Assembly: GCA_030141605.1 (NCBI GenBank)
Contig: JAQGDQ010000134.1
Location: forward strand, 186,001-250,000
Direction: 5' to 3'
DNA length: 64,000 nucleotides
From: Tubiluchus corallicola
Lineage: Eukaryota > Animalia > Priapulida
In this document: positions 61,266-64,000 of the stretch, in pieces
Numbering within the stretch: the first letter of the stretch is position 1
How the letters are laid out: each line of letters opens with the position of its first letter
Notes under the pieces: model-generated
The model's input: the letters and a program-made list of their open reading frames with translations, nothing else
What the model was told of the DNA's origin: nothing
The model's database searches: none
Translations under genes and position numbers: made by a program

Positions 61266-64000
61266 CCTTGAAAGTATTTTAAAAAGCTGTGCCTTTAATT
61301 TTTTCAAGTTCAAATTCTTTTTTAATGGTTTCTTTTTTAGGAATTCATCTTGTTATCAAAATAGTGAAAATAACGCCGATGAATTCATATCGTGGAATGC
61401 AAACTTGTGCATTAAAAGGAAGTAGTGCTTTTTTCTTCCTTAATATATTGATTAATTTGCCACACGATTAATGTCATATGCGATCAAGTGATTAATGAAA
61501 TTACTGATGCTGCAGAAACTGTGCATTTTGTAGAAGGCGTACAGGTATCGCCAGTAATCGGCTGTACGTCATGTTCAAAAAAACTAAGCAAGTATTTTTA
61601 GTGTTAGTAGCAAATGAGGCAATTTACAAAGTTTTCTGAATTCTTCTCCATGGATTTCGCGAGCTTAAGTATTACAAAAACAGATTAATTGTAATTCATT
61701 ACCTATAAGCCAAGTAAACACAAATCATAAAATGTCTCATTATGTCAAATTATATTGCCATATCCTAATTTAATGTTAATTTTTTTACTTTGAAAGCCAT
61801 ACTTCATTACTGCTGTTACTTAGTTACATTACTAAATCTGCCAATTTGTGAGTTTATTATTCTTTAGCCACAATGTTCGTATGTGTCAAGAGTCAAACCT
61901 GTACATATTGTCATTAGCATGCTTGTTGTTGTTAATTTTTTATTGTACAGTAAAATTTGTAAATAAGAAATAATTTGATTAAATTGTTAAATACAGTAAT
62001 TTCCTGAGAAAATAGAAACTGCAGAAACAAAGTGTATTTCACATTTCTGTTCATCTTTTACTGACTTACTGTTGTATCTTTCCACATAAAATTACTGAAC
62101 AGCTAATTTTATAAAAAATAACATGTTTATTAACATTAGCAATAACTAAACATTGCAGACACAAAATGAAAAATGTACTGTTGCACTGAATTTTAGTAGT
62201 TAATCACAAACAAGGTGTTTCGCATTTTTAACACAATTTCAAAATCTTAATGTTTTTGTTTAATGAATACATAAGTAATGGCAAGCTAGGCTCACAGATT
62301 TTTATCAAATTTTTACCAAAGGTTGTTAGCATGGATAAACACAACTTACTTTTGGAAGCAGTGTTTGGAAGACTCGTCCTGAAATGCACATAAATTGTGA
62401 AAACGTGCTTCGAAAGTATCAACTTTTGCTCTTCAAATTAGCTGGCACTTAACGATATCATTAATTAGATTATGACTGTGAATACCTAGAATATTCTGTA
62501 ATTAATGCTTCAAAAGTATAAAAAATTATATATTCTTAGAAGAAAAAGATGTAGTAAAACAAACATGTAGGAAAAATTTACAGTAAAAGTAGCTAGGTGT
62601 TTGTAAACAAAGTTAAACAAATTGAACTACTTCGCACATTAAGAGAAGGTTTGTTAGGGTACAAAGAGTAACTTTTTTTTATTGATAGATCCCAGCTATA
62701 TGTAACGTTGGCTTTTTGCTGTACAAAAAATTAGGCTTTCTATAAACATTATACAGTGTAAACGTATATAAATAACTTCTAATTATATCAATATTCAATA
62801 ATAATAATAATTGTCAACTATAGATGTTAAACAAAATAATTGCAATAAACACAGTGCATTTAAAAAAAGTAGTGTTCATGGTTGTGCCCTAGTTAAAATG
62901 CATCGCAAAAAATTCTGGTGAAGTGCATTTTATTGTGCATATTGGTTTGCATTTTTAAACCCTGGGATAACTCAGGTGACAAGAATGATGATGATGCAAG
63001 TGATACAATTATGGTAATAGCTATAATAGGCTACGGAATAATGATTAAATAAAATTGACAAAATAACATTACTAACTGTATTTACAATAACAAAACAACA
63101 ATCGGTAACTGTCTCATTTCACCACAAAAATCAATAATTCCTATACAAAATGTAAATCAGGAATTTAAAGCATGTATCATACATGTACTAAAACATTATA
63201 CACATGTGCATATTACTGAGGCAGTCAAATAGTTATACATGTGCATGGCTTATTGCTCAATAAGAATGTTAAAACTGTAGAGATTTCAAACCAAAACAGT
63301 AATGGTAACACTACACAGAACATTTTGTTCGGCTTACAAAACTTAAGGGCTATTAAATAAATTCAAATGTACAAAAATACCCATTTGCAAGAACGCACAT
63401 GATTTAGAAAGATAAACAAAACAGATTTCGGAGCTAACAGCTATAAGGTACATTACACTATAAGATACATTAACATTGGTCAATCGTAATTTTTGTATTT
63501 GACAGGATAGCTAATGTTGTAAGTATTTCTTGCTTAACAGTTATTTTCCTAAATATGTGGTGCCATCAGTTGTAAAGAAGACAAAGCATCATTGCAAACA
63601 GCACCTTGGAAATTTTCTGAGGTAATTTGGCTAGCAAAAAAAAATCAATAAATGTGCATTTTAGCCTACAGCTTAGCCTACATTATCAAAATATTTTGAA
63701 ATGATATTTTTATCTAGTAATGTGGCATCCACATATTATTTACCGATCTGCAATAAAAATGCTTTACATGGGTAATGCATGACAATATAAATTTGGAAAA
63801 TATACAATAACTCAAAATATAAAAAATTACAACTGTAACTTATCACACATTTTTTACTATTGTTGCATTAGGATAGTTCTAAATGACATCTACTTCTCAT
63901 TATATTATACTACTATAACTAGTATTAACAGAAATGCTTGTAAAAAACATTACAACATAACAATTCCACATTCAAAACCAACTGCAAAATTTAACCTTGA

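Noticed and set aside
61300-64000. Possible additional gene at the right end
   Set aside because: AT-rich with no coding signal. It may be PEX7 3' UTR and/or the 3' UTR of a minus-strand gene outside the window, but this cannot be supported from sequence alone.

Overview
AT-rich, intron-rich metazoan (invertebrate-like) genomic DNA, not prokaryotic; most short ORFs in the track are noise or exon fragments. Manual splicing gives six protein-coding genes. (1) The 3' part of TULP4 (+, to 10387). (2) A 7-exon 15-hydroxyprostaglandin-dehydrogenase-like SDR (-, 13311-18434) whose catalytic YxxxK tyrosine is replaced by Phe. (3, 4) Two tandemly duplicated 4-exon signal peptide-LRR-FN3-TM receptor genes (+, 22517-28436 and 31392-37391). 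(5) A very long NPAT (-, 38589-54142, ~2264 aa) with a dense SPxK cluster. (6) PEX7 (+, 54562-61265, 323 aa), head-to-head with NPAT across ~420 bp. NPAT intron 1 holds a truncated copy of a PEX7 intron/exon segment between ~535-bp direct repeats. Introns carry hAT-, pogo/Tigger- and Harbinger-like non-autonomous elements, tRNA-derived SINEs and CR1/L2 LINE tails. All exon boundaries were inferred by eye from GT-AG signals, phase continuity and remembered homologue motifs; no searches were run.
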